Below are positions 1-11,200 of a DNA stretch of 64,000 bases, piece after piece. Position 1 is the stretch's first letter. Every line of letters starts with the position of its first letter. The position numbers and the translations under genes are program-made. The notes below the pieces were generated by a model. That model was given only the letters and a program-made list of their open reading frames with translations, searched no databases and had not been told where the DNA came from. The DNA comes from Myxococcales bacterium (GTDB taxonomy: Bacteria > Myxococcota_A > UBA9042 > JABWCM01 > BTVJ01), in contig BTVJ01000025.1 in NCBI GenBank assembly GCA_045863395.1, forward strand, positions 31,448-95,447, written 5' to 3'.

Positions 1-448
1 CCACACCGACCAGCGCGGCGAGCATGGACACGTTGTCCACCAGCGAGTACTGCCGCACGGCGGACGCGATGCCGAGGGGGAACGCGATGAGCACGGCGAT
101 GAGCATGCCGCCCACGGCAAGCTCGAACGTCGCCGGGAAGCTGCGCGCGATGACGCTGGACACGGTGATCGGGCGCTCGGCGCTCTCCAGGGACGCGCCG
201 AGGCTCCCGTCGAGCACCTGACCCCACAGGCGCGCGTACTGGCTCGGGAGGGAATCGGCGAGCCCCATGCGCTCACGGAAGGCCGCCTTGTCCGCGTCGC
301 TGGCCTGCTCGCCGAGGATCGTCTCGACGGGGTCCCCGGGCGCCAGGCGCAGCGCAAGAAACACGGCGGTGACCACGCCGACGATGGCGATGGCCGACGC
401 GCCGAAGCGCCGGAGCACGTAGCGGAGCAGGGGGTGTCGGGGCCACAC
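1..448 (-). CDS. ABC peptide/nickel transporter permease (DppB/OppB family), partial; runs off the left edge
   Basis: Manual translation from GTG 448: VWPRHPLLRYVLRRFGASAIAIVGVVTAVFLALRLAPGDPVETILGEQAS...SFPATFELAVGGMLIAVLIAFPLGIASAVRQYSLVD, a typical DppB N-terminus. Not in the ORF track. Confidence 0.85.
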   Translation of the reverse strand, partial: MWPRHPLLRYVLRRFGASAIAIVGVVTAVFLALRLAPGDPVETILGEQASDADKAAFRERMGLADSLPSQYARLWGQVLDGSLGASLESAERPITVSSVIARSFPATFELAVGGMLIAVLIAFPLGIASAVRQYSLVDNVSMLAALVGV

Positions 449-461
449 GGCGGCTACGGTA

Positions 462-1082
462 TCACCGGCCCCCGCGCTCCGCCAGGAATCGGGCGAGGGC
501 GTCCGGCGTGTTGACGCCATCGAGCGCCCAGGGGGGGAGCAGGCCGCGGGCGAACAGCTCCTCCCGCAGTATGACGCGCACCGGAAGGTGGTCGCGCACG
601 GCCTGGAGGCGCCGCAGGCCACCGTCGTGCAGGCAGAGCAGGTGGTCGGCGACGTCGGTGGGCCACACGGCGTGCAGCGGCTCCATACCCCGCGGGCCGG
701 CCGGCGCCACGATGCGGCCCGGCTCCGCAAGCTCACAGAGCGCCCGCACCAGAGGCGGGTGGAGCCCCGGCATGTCTACCGCGCAGACGAAGGTGTACGT
801 GGCCCGGGGCCGCAGATGGGAGAGCGCCGTCGCCACCGCCCCGAGCGGGTCGCTGCGCCCCGGCAGGTCCACGAGCGGCGTCGCGGTGCCGACGTCCAGG
901 AGCTCCGGGCGGCGGGCGACGACCACGACCGTGCTGAACAGCTCGGCGAGGCGGTCGGCCAGTACGCGCACCAGCGGCCGCTCATCACCGGGCAGAGCGA
1001 GCAGCGCCTTGTCGGCGCCCATGCGCCTGCTCTCCCCTCCCGCGAGGAGGGCCGCCGCAAAGTGTGTAGGGAGTGCTTCCAA
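462..1082 (-). CDS. mobA: Molybdenum cofactor guanylyltransferase
   Basis: LLAGGESRRMGADKALL, CAVDMP, EPLHAVW and VNTP motifs. Confidence 0.88.
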   Translation of the reverse strand: MEALPTHFAAALLAGGESRRMGADKALLALPGDERPLVRVLADRLAELFSTVVVVARRPELLDVGTATPLVDLPGRSDPLGAVATALSHLRPRATYTFVCAVDMPGLHPPLVRALCELAEPGRIVAPAGPRGMEPLHAVWPTDVADHLLCLHDGGLRRLQAVRDHLPVRVILREELFARGLLPPWALDGVNTPDALARFLAERGGR

Positions 1083-1093
1083 CGGAGGAGGGA

Positions 1094-2983
1094 CTACGGA
1101 CTGCCGCCAAGCCGCTCGATGGCAGTCCGGACCGCGTCCGCGTCGGGCGCGCCAGGCTTCTTGCGGAGGTACTGCCCGTAGTGGTCGATGGCCTGCGGCG
1201 CCTTGCCCTGGGACGCGTAAATCACGCCGAGCTGCTTGTGCGCGTCCGCGTAGCCGGACTTCGCGGCGGCGTTGAAGCGATCCACGGCGAGACCCAGGTT
1301 GCCCTGGATCTTGGCGGTGCGCCCCTCGTGATAGAGGCGCGCGCCCTCGCCCTTCTTGGTGTCGGCCTTGGCCGCGGTATCCTGCTTCTCCGTCTGCTTC
1401 TCGGGTTGCTTGACCGCAGCGGTCTCCTTCTTCTCCTCGCGCGCCTTGGCCTCGGCAACCAGCTCCTTCTGCCGCCGCACCACTGTCTTCTTGAGGGTCT
1501 TCCCCTTGACGTTGGAGGGATCGACGCCGAGGACCGCCGACAGGAGCCCGTTGGCCTGGTCGAGGTTGCCCGCCTTGATGTCCTTCTCGGCCTTGGCGAG
1601 GTAGTCATCGATGTAGGCCGTGCGGACCTGGCCGTGTAGCTCCTTGATCTTCTCAAAATAGACGCTCGCGCTCGCCGTGTCGTGGAGCTCGTTCACCTTG
1701 CTCCACGCCGCCGCGTAGTTGCGCTCGGTCACCTTCTTCTCTACCTCGGCGATGCGGCCGGCGCGCTCCTGCTCGACGCGGGCGCTCAGCAGCTTCGACT
1801 CGGCCTCCTGGTTGGCGGGCTCGGCGGCCTTCACCTTCTCGAGCAGCGCGATGGCGCGGCCCCAGTCCTGCTCCTCGGCAGCCTTCCCCGCGGCGGTCAT
1901 CCAGTCGGCGGGGCCCTCCCCCGGGGCAACCGCGACCTCCACCGGATCGGCCACAGGCTCCTTGACGGGCTCCTTCGCGATCTCCACGGGCGGCTGGACG
2001 ACCGCGACCTGCTGCTCGCCGGCGCCAGGCTCACCCATCGCCGTCTTGGATGCCTCCCCCTGGGGCGCCTCGCCCGCGGCCGGGTCCTTCTGGGCCGGCG
2101 CCGCCGCCACCTGGACCGGCTCGGTGCCCGGCTTGTCCGTCTCGCCGCTGCGCCCGGAGGGGCCCGTGGCCTCGTTGGACGGCGCGGAGACACGATCAGG
2201 CGTGTCGGAGCGGTCGAACACCAGGAAGTAGACCGCCACCAGCGCGACCAGCGCAACGGCAATCACGGCGAACAGCGCCTTCTTGCCAGAGCCCGACGGC
2301 AGGGTGTCCTCGTCCGCGCTCGGCGTCCACTCGTAGGCCTCCCCAGGGCCCACGAAGCGGAGGCGCACGTGGCCAAGCTCCACCGCGTCGCCGGCCCGCA
2401 GGGACACGCGCTTGTAGCTCTCCCCGTTGACGTGGACGCCGTTGGCGCTGTCCAGGTCTTCGACGATGTAGCCCTCTGCCGCCGACCACTCGATGCGGAC
2501 GTGCATGGCGGAGACGGAGCGGTGCTCGATGGTGTGGTCCGCCGTCTCGGAGCGTCCCACCGTCATGGGAGTACGGTCCAGGAGCAGCTCCCGGCCGCCG
2601 AGCGGGCTGCTCGTGATGACCAGCCGCCCCCGATGCTCCGCGGGGATCAGCGGCTGGCGGGGCTGGGGCGAGTCGGCGGTCGCCGCGGCGCGCACATCGT
2701 CCAGGAGCTCTATCTCGTAGTCGCCGACCCGCAGGCTGTCGCCCACGCGCAGCACGGCCCGGCTGTCGATGCGCGCGCCGTTGACCTGCGTGCCGTAGCT
2801 GCTGCCCGCGTCCTCCACGACGACGTGCCCGTTGTCCCGCACCAGCCGGACGTGGCGCCGTGAGACGTTACGCTCGGGGAGGCAGATGGTGTTGGCGCGA
2901 TCACGGCCGATGGTGATCTCGTCAACCTGCACGGGCACGTCACTACGCTGCCCTTCGTCGTCGTGGATCCGGAGCCTCAGCAT
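1094..2983 (-). CDS. Membrane protein with two FHA domains, a TM helix, a Pro/Ala-rich linker and C-terminal TPRs
   Basis: Two FHA motifs (IGRDRANTICLPERNVSRRH..SSYGTQVNG; VGRSETADHTIEHRSVSAMH..SANGVHVNG), TM segment LFAVIAVALVALVAVYFLVF, TPR-like helices. The start could be 3019. Confidence 0.8.
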   Translation of the reverse strand: MLRLRIHDDEGQRSDVPVQVDEITIGRDRANTICLPERNVSRRHVRLVRDNGHVVVEDAGSSYGTQVNGARIDSRAVLRVGDSLRVGDYEIELLDDVRAAATADSPQPRQPLIPAEHRGRLVITSSPLGGRELLLDRTPMTVGRSETADHTIEHRSVSAMHVRIEWSAAEGYIVEDLDSANGVHVNGESYKRVSLRAGDAVELGHVRLRFVGPGEAYEWTPSADEDTLPSGSGKKALFAVIAVALVALVAVYFLVFDRSDTPDRVSAPSNEATGPSGRSGETDKPGTEPVQVAAAPAQKDPAAGEAPQGEASKTAMGEPGAGEQQVAVVQPPVEIAKEPVKEPVADPVEVAVAPGEGPADWMTAAGKAAEEQDWGRAIALLEKVKAAEPANQEAESKLLSARVEQERAGRIAEVEKKVTERNYAAAWSKVNELHDTASASVYFEKIKELHGQVRTAYIDDYLAKAEKDIKAGNLDQANGLLSAVLGVDPSNVKGKTLKKTVVRRQKELVAEAKAREEKKETAAVKQPEKQTEKQDTAAKADTKKGEGARLYHEGRTAKIQGNLGLAVDRFNAAAKSGYADAHKQLGVIYASQGKAPQAIDHYGQYLRKKPGAPDADAVRTAIERLGGSP

Positions 2984-3254
2984 CGCCGTCCTCGCACGAG
3001 TCGCCGTCATCTTCGCCATGGGTCGCGGGTGGAAGCGCTCGCAGCAACCTGTCGTTTCTAGCACGCGCCTGCCAGATTGGCAAGACGGGTGCGTGGACGC
3101 CACCTTACGGTGATCCGATGGCAGCGGGCGCCACGCCCGGCTCGTTGAACGGACAGGCGTGTCACAGGTTCCACGCCCGCTGTGTACTTTTTGCAACCCG
3201 CCACGCCCACCCCGACAGCGCCGCCCAAGGTTGGGGCGCCTGCGCCCCATTGCA

Positions 3255-3279
3255 GAACCTTTGCCAAGCAAGGGCGTCT
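3255..3279 (+). promoter_or_regulatory. Putative ECF-sigma promoter upstream of the ECF gene
   Basis: GAAC-N16-CGTCT matches the RpoE/SigH-type consensus, about 190 nt upstream of the ECF gene. Confidence 0.4.
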
Positions 3280-3467
3280 CCATGTAATTCGGAGGTACGT
3301 GGTCCGCGTTCGCGTGGGCGCAGGCCGCGAAGATCAAGACTCCGGTGGAGGCGGCGCGGCGAAGCCGGCGCCGCGCCTTGGCACAGTTCCTGTAAGGGTT
3401 AGCTTGTAATCACGGAGCCCGCGGAGGGCTCCCGGTCGGCCACCCTCGCCGGCAAAGGATGCACGCC

Positions 3468-4091
3468 ATGACTGACACGAGCACGACGCTTCACGATATC
3501 GAGACCAAGCGCGAGTTCGAGGAGACCACGCTCCGCTACCTGGACGAGCTCTACTCGACGGCGCTGCGCCTCACCCGCAACGACAAGGACGCCGAGGACC
3601 TGGTCCAAGACACGTACCTCAAGGCGTACAGCCACTTCCATCAGTTCAGCCGGGGCACCAACGCGCGCGCCTGGCTGTTCAAGATCCTCACCAACACCTT
3701 CATCAACGCCTACAGGCGGCGAGTGAAGGAGCGCGAGATCCTGGACAAAGAGGAGAAGGGCCAGCTCGGCAGCTTCTTCTTCTCGAAGGAGACGACGGCG
3801 CGCTGGGGCAGCCCGGAGTGGCACGTCCTGTCGACGCTGCTGTCCGACGACGTCAAGCGGTCCCTGGACGAGCTCCCGGTGGACTTCCGCACCGTGGTGG
3901 TGCTGGCGGATCTTCAGGACTTCTCGTACAAGGAGATCGCGAGCATCATGGACACGCCCATCGGCACAGTGATGTCCCGCCTCTTCCGGGGCCGCAAGCT
4001 GCTGCGCAAGAAGCTCCACGACTTCGCGCGGCGCGAGGGCGTCATCGACGCGTCGTGGCAAGAGCGTGGCTTCGAGGCCGTCCCTGCCTGA
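3468..4091 (+). CDS. ECF sigma-70 factor (SigH/SigR/RpoE-like)
   Basis: [27 protein letters not shown] and [24 protein letters not shown]. The start could be 3459. Confidence 0.92.
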   Translation: MTDTSTTLHDIETKREFEETTLRYLDELYSTALRLTRNDKDAEDLVQDTYLKAYSHFHQFSRGTNARAWLFKILTNTFINAYRRRVKEREILDKEEKGQLGSFFFSKETTARWGSPEWHVLSTLLSDDVKRSLDELPVDFRTVVVLADLQDFSYKEIASIMDTPIGTVMSRLFRGRKLLRKKLHDFARREGVIDASWQERGFEAVPA

Positions 4092-4265
4092 GCCGGCGCC
4101 CGTTTCAATGTGGGGGGACCCCTCTCGAATTGAGACGATGGTGAGCTGTCCCGGGAGCGCTTGAGGCCAGACCCGACGACTGGGGTCGCACCCTGCCGAG
4201 TGGCCGTGGTGCCTTGGGTGAGAGTAGAATGCCGTGGTCTCTGCGCTCCCTGGGAGGGCGTCCGC

Positions 4266-7200
4266 ATGAACCGACGTGCAGCGAACGACACTCAGCCGCT
4301 GGTGCGCGCCCTGGCGGCGCTCCTCATCGTCATGGCCACCGCGAGCTGTGTCACGGCCGACGGTCCGTCGCCGCTTCCGGAGGGGGACACGGAGAGCGAC
4401 GCGGCCGGCGACGCTCACGCCTCCGGGGGCGACACGGGCACTGACGGCGCCACGGACGCAGCCCACAGCGATACCACCACCGGCGACGCGGGTCCGGGGG
4501 GGGCGGATGGGGCAGGCGGAGACGCACCGGATGCCGCCACCGACGCAGCGGACGCCACCGACCCCTTGAAGGACGGAGCTGGCGGGCCCGACGGAGGCGA
4601 CGGCGACGCGGGCGGGCTCGACGGGGAGTCGGACCTCCATGGCGGCAGCGACGGCGAGGCCGACGGCGCCGACGCGACGCCCGATGGGGTGGATGCGGAC
4701 GCTGGCTCCGGCTGCCCGGCGGGGGGCTGTGACGACGGAGACCCGTGCACGACCGACTCGTGCGACGAGGGGGCGGGCGCCTGCGTCCACGGGCCCGTGG
4801 CCTGCGATGACGGGGACCCCTGCACGCTGGACCTCTGCACGTCCGCCACGGGCTGCTCGTCCACTCCTGCGGACTGCGACGACGGGGACGCCGACACGAT
4901 GGACGGGTGCAGCTCACTGCACGGGTGCGTCCATGCGCCCCTTGGCTGCGACGACGGCGACCCATGCACGGTGCACACCGAGAGCTGTGAGGCGTGGCCG
5001 AAGAGCTGCTCCGACGGGGACCCAGCGACGTTTGACCAGTGCGTGCCGGGGACCGGTGCGTGCGCACATACCTCGCCCCTGTGCGACGACGGCGACCCCT
5101 GCACAGTGGACGCGGTCCACCCGGAGAGCGGCGCGTGCACCCACGTCGCGGCCCCGTGCGACGACGGCGATCCGTGCATGGAGGACGGCTGCTCCTCCGG
5201 GGTGTGCTCCCACGTGCCGGCCTGCGACGACGGCCTGCCGTGTACGACGGACGCCTGCACCCCCGACGGCGGCTGCGACCACGTGGTGGCCTGTGACGAC
5301 GGCGATCCCTGCACCAACGACGGGTGCGACGACGGCGGAGAGTGCGTCTGGGCACCCGCGAGCTGCGACGACGGCGACCCATGCACCGAGGACGCCTGCA
5401 CACCGGCGGGAGGTGTCGCGACCTGCACCAGCAGCCCCAAGAGCTGCGACGACGCGGACCCGTGCACCGAGGACCTGTGCCTGGGTGGGGTCGGATGCAT
5501 CCATGTGCCCGTCACCGGGTGCGCAGCGTGCGCGACGGACGCCGCGTGCGATGACGGGGACCCCTGCACCGTGGACCGGTGCGAGACCGGCGCGTGCGCC
5601 CACGAGGAGGGCGCGTGCGCCGACGGCGATGCCTGCACGGCGGACCTCTGCTCCCCAGGCTTGGGCTGTGTTCACGACCCGTTCTCGTGCGCCGACGATG
5701 ATCCCTGCACGGCCGAGTCATGCGACCCCGTGCTCGGCTGCGTCGCACCTGCCGCGTGCGCGGATGGGGACGCATGTACCACCGACGCATGCGATCAGGC
5801 GACGGGGGCCTGCTCCCACGGGGCCGCGGCCTGCGATGACGGCGACCCGTGCACGTCCGACGGCTGCGACCCAACCCTCGGGTGTACCCACGGCGCCCCC
5901 TGCGACGACGGAGACCTGTGCACCTTCGACCTCTGCATCGGCGGACAGTGCCAGGCAGCGCCGGTGGCCTGCGACGACGGCGACGCGTGCACGGCGGACG
6001 GGTGTGACCCGCGGCTCGGGTGCGTCTCGTCGCCGAAGAGCTGCGACGACGGCGACCCTTGCACCACCGACGCCTGCGCGCCCGGTGGGGGCTGCGCCCA
6101 CTCACAGAGCCCTTGCGACGACGGGGACGCCTGCACCGCCGACGGGTGCGACGATGAGGGCGCGTGCCAGAGCAGCCCTCTGGACTGCGACGACGGTGAT
6201 GTGTGCACGACGGACTCGTGCGATCCATTGCTGGGCTGCGCCTATGCGGCGGCCCTGGTCTGCGACGACGGCATCGCCTGTACGGTGGACGCCTGCGACC
6301 CGAAGTCGGGTTGCGAGGCGCTGGACGGCTGCGAGGACGGGGACTTCTGCACCATCGACGCCTGCGACGCAGTGAGCGGGACGTGCAGCCAGGAGGTCGT
6401 GGACTGCGCCGACGAAAACCTGTGCACGGCGGACGTCTGTGGCCCCATCGGGTGCTACCACGCGGCGACGGCGTGCGGCGACGGCAACCCGTGTACGGCG
6501 GACGCCTGCGACGCTCTGACCGGGAGCTGCGTCCATGCGCCCATCCCAGGCTGTGCGGGGTGTGCCTCCTCCGCGGACTGTGACGACGCCGACCCGTGCA
6601 CCGACGAGCTGTGCAGCGCGGGCAAGTGCGCCTTCACGCCAAGGACCTGCGACGACGGGAACCCGTGCACGGTCGATGCCTGCACCGGCCCCTTCGGCCA
6701 GTGCGCCAGCACCCCGAAGGACTGCGGCGACGGCGACCCCTGCCTTCTCGTGGGCTGCGATCCCAAGGCGGGCGGGTGCGTCACACTGTCGGTCGACTGC
6801 GACGACTACGACCCGTGCACCAAGGACTCCTGCAACCCTGCGTCGGGGTGTGTCAACGCGAAGACTCCCGGCTGCGCCACCTGCATCGTCCCCAGCGACT
6901 GCGACGACGGGCTGGTGTGCACCACGGACCTGTGCAGCCCGTCGACCTTGATCTGCTCGCACGGGGTGGTCCCGTGCGCCGACGGCGACCCGTGCACCAC
7001 CGACGCGTGTGTCGAGGGCGCCGGCTGTACCCACACGCCGGCGCCAGGGTGCGCGGGCTGCCTCACCGCCGCTGACTGCGATGACCAGGACCCCTGCACC
7101 CTCGACGCGTGCAACGGCGCGACCAAGGCCTGCACGCACGCGCCGGTGCCGGGGTGCCAGGTGTGCGCCATCGGCGACGCGTGCGACGACGGGGACGCCT

Positions 7201-7973
7201 GCACCTCAGACGTGTGCAGCGTCCAGACGCTGCTGTGCGAGCACGAGCCGACGCTCTGCGACGACGGTGACCCCTGCACCGTCGACTCCTGTCTCGGGGG
7301 GGCGTGCGTCGAGACCCTGCTGCCCGATTGCGAGTCCTGCAGCGGACCCAACGACTGTGACGACGATGCGGATCCCTGCACGGATCCGGCATGCGAGGGC
7401 GGCTTCTGCGCCCACATGCCCGTGCCCGGGTGCGTCGCCTGCGCCTCCTTCCTCGACTGCGACGACGGCCTCGCCTGCACCCTCGACACCTGCGACCCAC
7501 AGACGAGCCGCTGCGTCACCACTGAGGTTGTGTGCGGCGCCCTGGGTCCGTGCGCCGCTGGGACCTGCGAGGAGCCCGGCGGGTGCGCCGAGCGCCCGGA
7601 CCCGCAGTGCGACGCGCCCTGTACATCGGCCGCGGACTGCGGCGGGAGCCCCTGCGTGGCTGCGGCGTGCGTCGCCGGACATTGCCTGCTGACACCCAGG
7701 GCCTGCGACGACGGCAACCCTTGCACCGAAGACGCGTGCGACGAGGCCATCGGGGACTGCGTCCACGAGGTCGCGCCCACCTGTGGAGCCGCACCCTGCA
7801 CCGAGGACCCGCACTGCGAGACCGACTCTGCGTGCACCTTCGGCTGGTGCGCGACGCCGACCGGCACCTGCGTCGTCGCTCCCTTCCTGTGCAAGGTCCC
7901 CGACCCCTGCGTCAGCGTGAGCTGCGACCCACTCCTCGGCTGCCTCTCGACCCCGATCCCCGCCTGCCCCTGA
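4266..7973 (+). CDS. Large Cys-rich repeat lipoprotein (about 40 CDDGDPCTxDxC repeats)
   Basis: Lipobox-like ATASC, Asp/Gly/Ala-rich linker, then tandem Cys-rich repeats to the C-terminus. Confidence 0.85.
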   Translation: MNRRAANDTQPLVRALAALLIVMATASCVTADGPSPLPEGDTESDAAGDAHASGGDTGTDGATDAAHSDTTTGDAGPGGADGAGGDAPDAATDAADATDPLKDGAGGPDGGDGDAGGLDGESDLHGGSDGEADGADATPDGVDADAGSGCPAGGCDDGDPCTTDSCDEGAGACVHGPVACDDGDPCTLDLCTSATGCSSTPADCDDGDADTMDGCSSLHGCVHAPLGCDDGDPCTVHTESCEAWPKSCSDGDPATFDQCVPGTGACAHTSPLCDDGDPCTVDAVHPESGACTHVAAPCDDGDPCMEDGCSSGVCSHVPACDDGLPCTTDACTPDGGCDHVVACDDGDPCTNDGCDDGGECVWAPASCDDGDPCTEDACTPAGGVATCTSSPKSCDDADPCTEDLCLGGVGCIHVPVTGCAACATDAACDDGDPCTVDRCETGACAHEEGACADGDACTADLCSPGLGCVHDPFSCADDDPCTAESCDPVLGCVAPAACADGDACTTDACDQATGACSHGAAACDDGDPCTSDGCDPTLGCTHGAPCDDGDLCTFDLCIGGQCQAAPVACDDGDACTADGCDPRLGCVSSPKSCDDGDPCTTDACAPGGGCAHSQSPCDDGDACTADGCDDEGACQSSPLDCDDGDVCTTDSCDPLLGCAYAAALVCDDGIACTVDACDPKSGCEALDGCEDGDFCTIDACDAVSGTCSQEVVDCADENLCTADVCGPIGCYHAATACGDGNPCTADACDALTGSCVHAPIPGCAGCASSADCDDADPCTDELCSAGKCAFTPRTCDDGNPCTVDACTGPFGQCASTPKDCGDGDPCLLVGCDPKAGGCVTLSVDCDDYDPCTKDSCNPASGCVNAKTPGCATCIVPSDCDDGLVCTTDLCSPSTLICSHGVVPCADGDPCTTDACVEGAGCTHTPAPGCAGCLTAADCDDQDPCTLDACNGATKACTHAPVPGCQVCAIGDACDDGDACTSDVCSVQTLLCEHEPTLCDDGDPCTVDSCLGGACVETLLPDCESCSGPNDCDDDADPCTDPACEGGFCAHMPVPGCVACASFLDCDDGLACTLDTCDPQTSRCVTTEVVCGALGPCAAGTCEEPGGCAERPDPQCDAPCTSAADCGGSPCVAAACVAGHCLLTPRACDDGNPCTEDACDEAIGDCVHEVAPTCGAAPCTEDPHCETDSACTFGWCATPTGTCVVAPFLCKVPDPCVSVSCDPLLGCLSTPIPACP

Positions 7974-8261
7974 CCGCCCGAGGCCCCACCCGCACATCGG
8001 GCCTGCACGGTGGCCAACTACGAGTCGCTCGTCGGGGCGGGTCCCTGAGCAGACTCGGTCCGCGCGCGCATCGGCGCGCCCGGCGCCCTTCGACGCTCAT
8101 GGCAACGCCAGGTCGCCGGGAGCCGGGTCGCCGGAACGAAGCGCGAGATCGACCATCGCAGACGAGGTCCAGCGGCGAGGGACCCCACCCCGACGGGCCG
8201 GCGCGGTGAAACGAAATGATGGTGAGAGGCCCGCCTCACGCGGGCATGGGCCGGGGGGCGG

Positions 8262-11200
8262 TCAGGCCGTGAGGCGCCGCCGGACGGCAGGGAGCAGGAG
8301 CACGAGCAGGAGCACCAGCACCGACCGAGGCGCGCCCGGCGCCGCGGCGCAGCCGCCGTCGTCCCCACCGCCGCCACCACCAGCAGAGGCCGCGTCGGGT
8401 CCACCGGCGACGTCGCTCCCGCCGGCCGCGTCGGCTCCCCCGATGGTCTCGCCGCCAGACGAGGCGTCCACGCCGCCGGCAACGTCACCGCCGCCGGTCC
8501 CGGCGTCCTCGGACGGGCCGCCGATGTCCTCGCCGGGCTTGGGCGGCTCCTTCACGGCCGTGCCATAGAGGAAGTCCTGGTCGTAGTTGTTCGTGTTGTG
8601 GTGGTCGTGGGCGAAGCTCTGCCACTCCACGATGCCGTCGGAGGGGCCGGGCGCTTTCCAGGCGAACATCCAGCCGTTGCGGATGCCGACCGCCACATCG
8701 AACTTGCCGTCCCCGTCCAGGTCGCCCATGGTCGGCGACGCGGTCAGCCAGCCGCCCGTCATCTTGGGCCAGCCGCTGGGCTCCACGCCCTCGGAGTTGA
8801 TCGCCCGGACCAGATAGCCGCCGCTCCCATTGAGGACCTCTGGCTTCTTGTCACCGTCGATATCGGCGACGGTGGGGTTCATGAAGAACTGCCAGTCCTC
8901 CATCACCCGCGGCCACGCGTCCAGGAACTTGCCGTTGGCCGTGTCCCACGCGCCCAGGTGGTGCTCGAAGTTCTCCCTCACGCCGCCGGCGACGAACGTC
9001 TTGGCGAAGCCGAAGCCGGCGCCGCCCTTGATGTAGTCGATGCCGCCCTTCGCGTCGAGGCGGGCGAAGGTGCCGTGGTTGATCAGCATGTACAGCGGCG
9101 AGTCTGAGCTGTTGGACTTGGGCCCATAGACCTGGTTGTTGAGCTGGCGGTAGACGGTGCCATCATGGTTGTAGATGTAGCCCGAGGACGAGATGGCCTC
9201 GATGGCGATCTCCATGGTGCCGTCGTAGTCCAGGTCGGCGAGGATTGGATTGGCCGGGACGCCCTTGCCCACCACAGGGAGCACGTTGTCCTGCAAGCCG
9301 AACAGCTTGATGGGCCAGCCGGGGTGAAAGGGCCCGCCCGCGTGGTCGTTGCCGTCGTGGTAGAGCACGTAGCCGCGCCCCTCGTTCTCGGCGCCCTTGG
9401 CCCCAAAGGTCTCATTGGTGCCGGTCACGATGTCGAGCCACCCGTCGCCATCCACGTCGCCCACGGCCGGCGTGCACACGATGCGGTCGGAGTTCTGGGT
9501 CTTCTTCGGGTCACGGACCCGCACCGGCCAGCCCTTCATCAGCTTGCCGTCGGCGTGCCACACGTACATGAAGCCGTCCTGCGCGGCGACGATGATCTCG
9601 AGCTTGCCGTCCTTGTCGAGGTCCGCCAGCACCGGGGACCCCATGATGCCGTGGTCGACGATGTGATCCGGGTCCGTGGTGCCCACCGAGTTGGAGAGAT
9701 CCGTGGACACGGGGAAGCCCGGGGCCGGCTTGCCCTTGGAGTCATAGACGAACACGCCGCCGTCCCACGTCGTCACCACGACGAACAGGTCCCCGTCCTC
9801 GCCCATGAGCTTGCCGATGGCAGGCGCGCCGATGGTGGTCTGGCCTACGTCGGGGTCGACGACGAGGTCGGCCGTGGCCTTGCACCCGGTCTTGTCGGCG
9901 CGGTGGGCGCAGGAGTCCCGGTGGTTGCCCATGCCGAGGATCTTGCCCGTCAGGTCATTGGCCGGGTCGAGGTGCGGGCGGTACCCCATGCGCACGGGCC
10001 ACCCATCCGCCTGGCTCCCGTCCGCCTTGAACGCGTGGATCTCACCAGTGCCCGTCCCCTGGATGATCTCGTCCGTGCCGTCCCCATCCAGGTCCACCAT
10101 CTTCGAGGCGCCCTCTGCCGAGCCGTTCATCCAGATGGGGAACGCAGGGTGGAGGTCGGGGTCCTTGTGGACGTGCACTGTCTTGCGGAACTCGCCCTTG
10201 AGGTCCGGCTTTCCGGTCACCGACGCGCGCAGTCGGAGCGTGACCGACCGGCCGTGGGGGTCCTTGAGCTGCTTGTCCAGATCCATCTTCTTCGCCGCCT
10301 CGGTGGCGTCCCACGTGGCGATGACGCCCTCCATGCCCGGGGTCGTGCCGCCGGCGATCTTCGTCCAGCCACCCTTGGGGTCGACGCCGATGGCGTACTC
10401 GAGCTCCCAGTCGTAGCTCGCGTACCGCGGGCCTTTGCCGTCGCGACGGGTCCCGATGCGGCCAGTCACGTCGATCTGCCCCTTGCGGTCGGGGTAGAGC
10501 ATCTGGAACCAGAGGGGGTCCACGATATCGAGCTCCGGGGGGATCCTGGCGTCCAGCACGAAGTCCACGCTCGTCCGTGCGTTGTTGCGCCCGTAGCCGA
10601 AGTGGAGGTCCCAGCCGGGGCCGCTCGGGAACTTGGTCGGGTCAGTGGCGGAGCCCGCCACGTCGATGTCGTCCGAGCTCATGATGAGGATGCCGTGCAG
10701 CTCCGCCGCGGACAGGGGCGGATCCAGCGCCGCCTTGAGCCCCGCCGCGTAGATCAGCCCGGCGTGCCCGCTCGTGATGCCGGTCGCCTCCGAGCTGCAC
10801 CCGCCACCGGGGGTCGACAGCACGAGCTGCCCACCGTAGTTGGTGCAGTTGTTGAAGTTCAGGAACGTGGTCGACTTCTCCTTCTTGCCGTGGTCATGGA
10901 CCACCGCATGCACGTACACCGTGTGGTTGTTGGTGCCCGGCATGTTGTGGTGGAAGGAGAGCTCGTCGGCGGCGCTTGCAATGACGACCACGTTGTTGTC
11001 GTAGGCCCAGTCGATGGCCTGCATGGCCAGCTTCGAGTTGTTCACCGTGCCGAGCGCCTCCTGGATGACGCTGGCTCCCGAGTCGACGCCGAAGATCACG
11101 CCCTCTGCGAAGTCGTTGACGTCCGTCACGAAGCCGTCGCCCACGCGAACATTCAGAATGGTACAGTTCGGGCACACACCGATGTCGCCCTTGCCGTTGT

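Noticed and set aside
3378..3395. Sigma54 promoter TGGCAC upstream of the ECF gene
   Set aside because: The -12 position reads GT rather than the conserved GC.
4700..7973. CRISPR-like periodic GACGACGGCGACCC pattern
   Set aside because: The repeats are degenerate, in frame and encode CDDGDPC. There are no cas genes.
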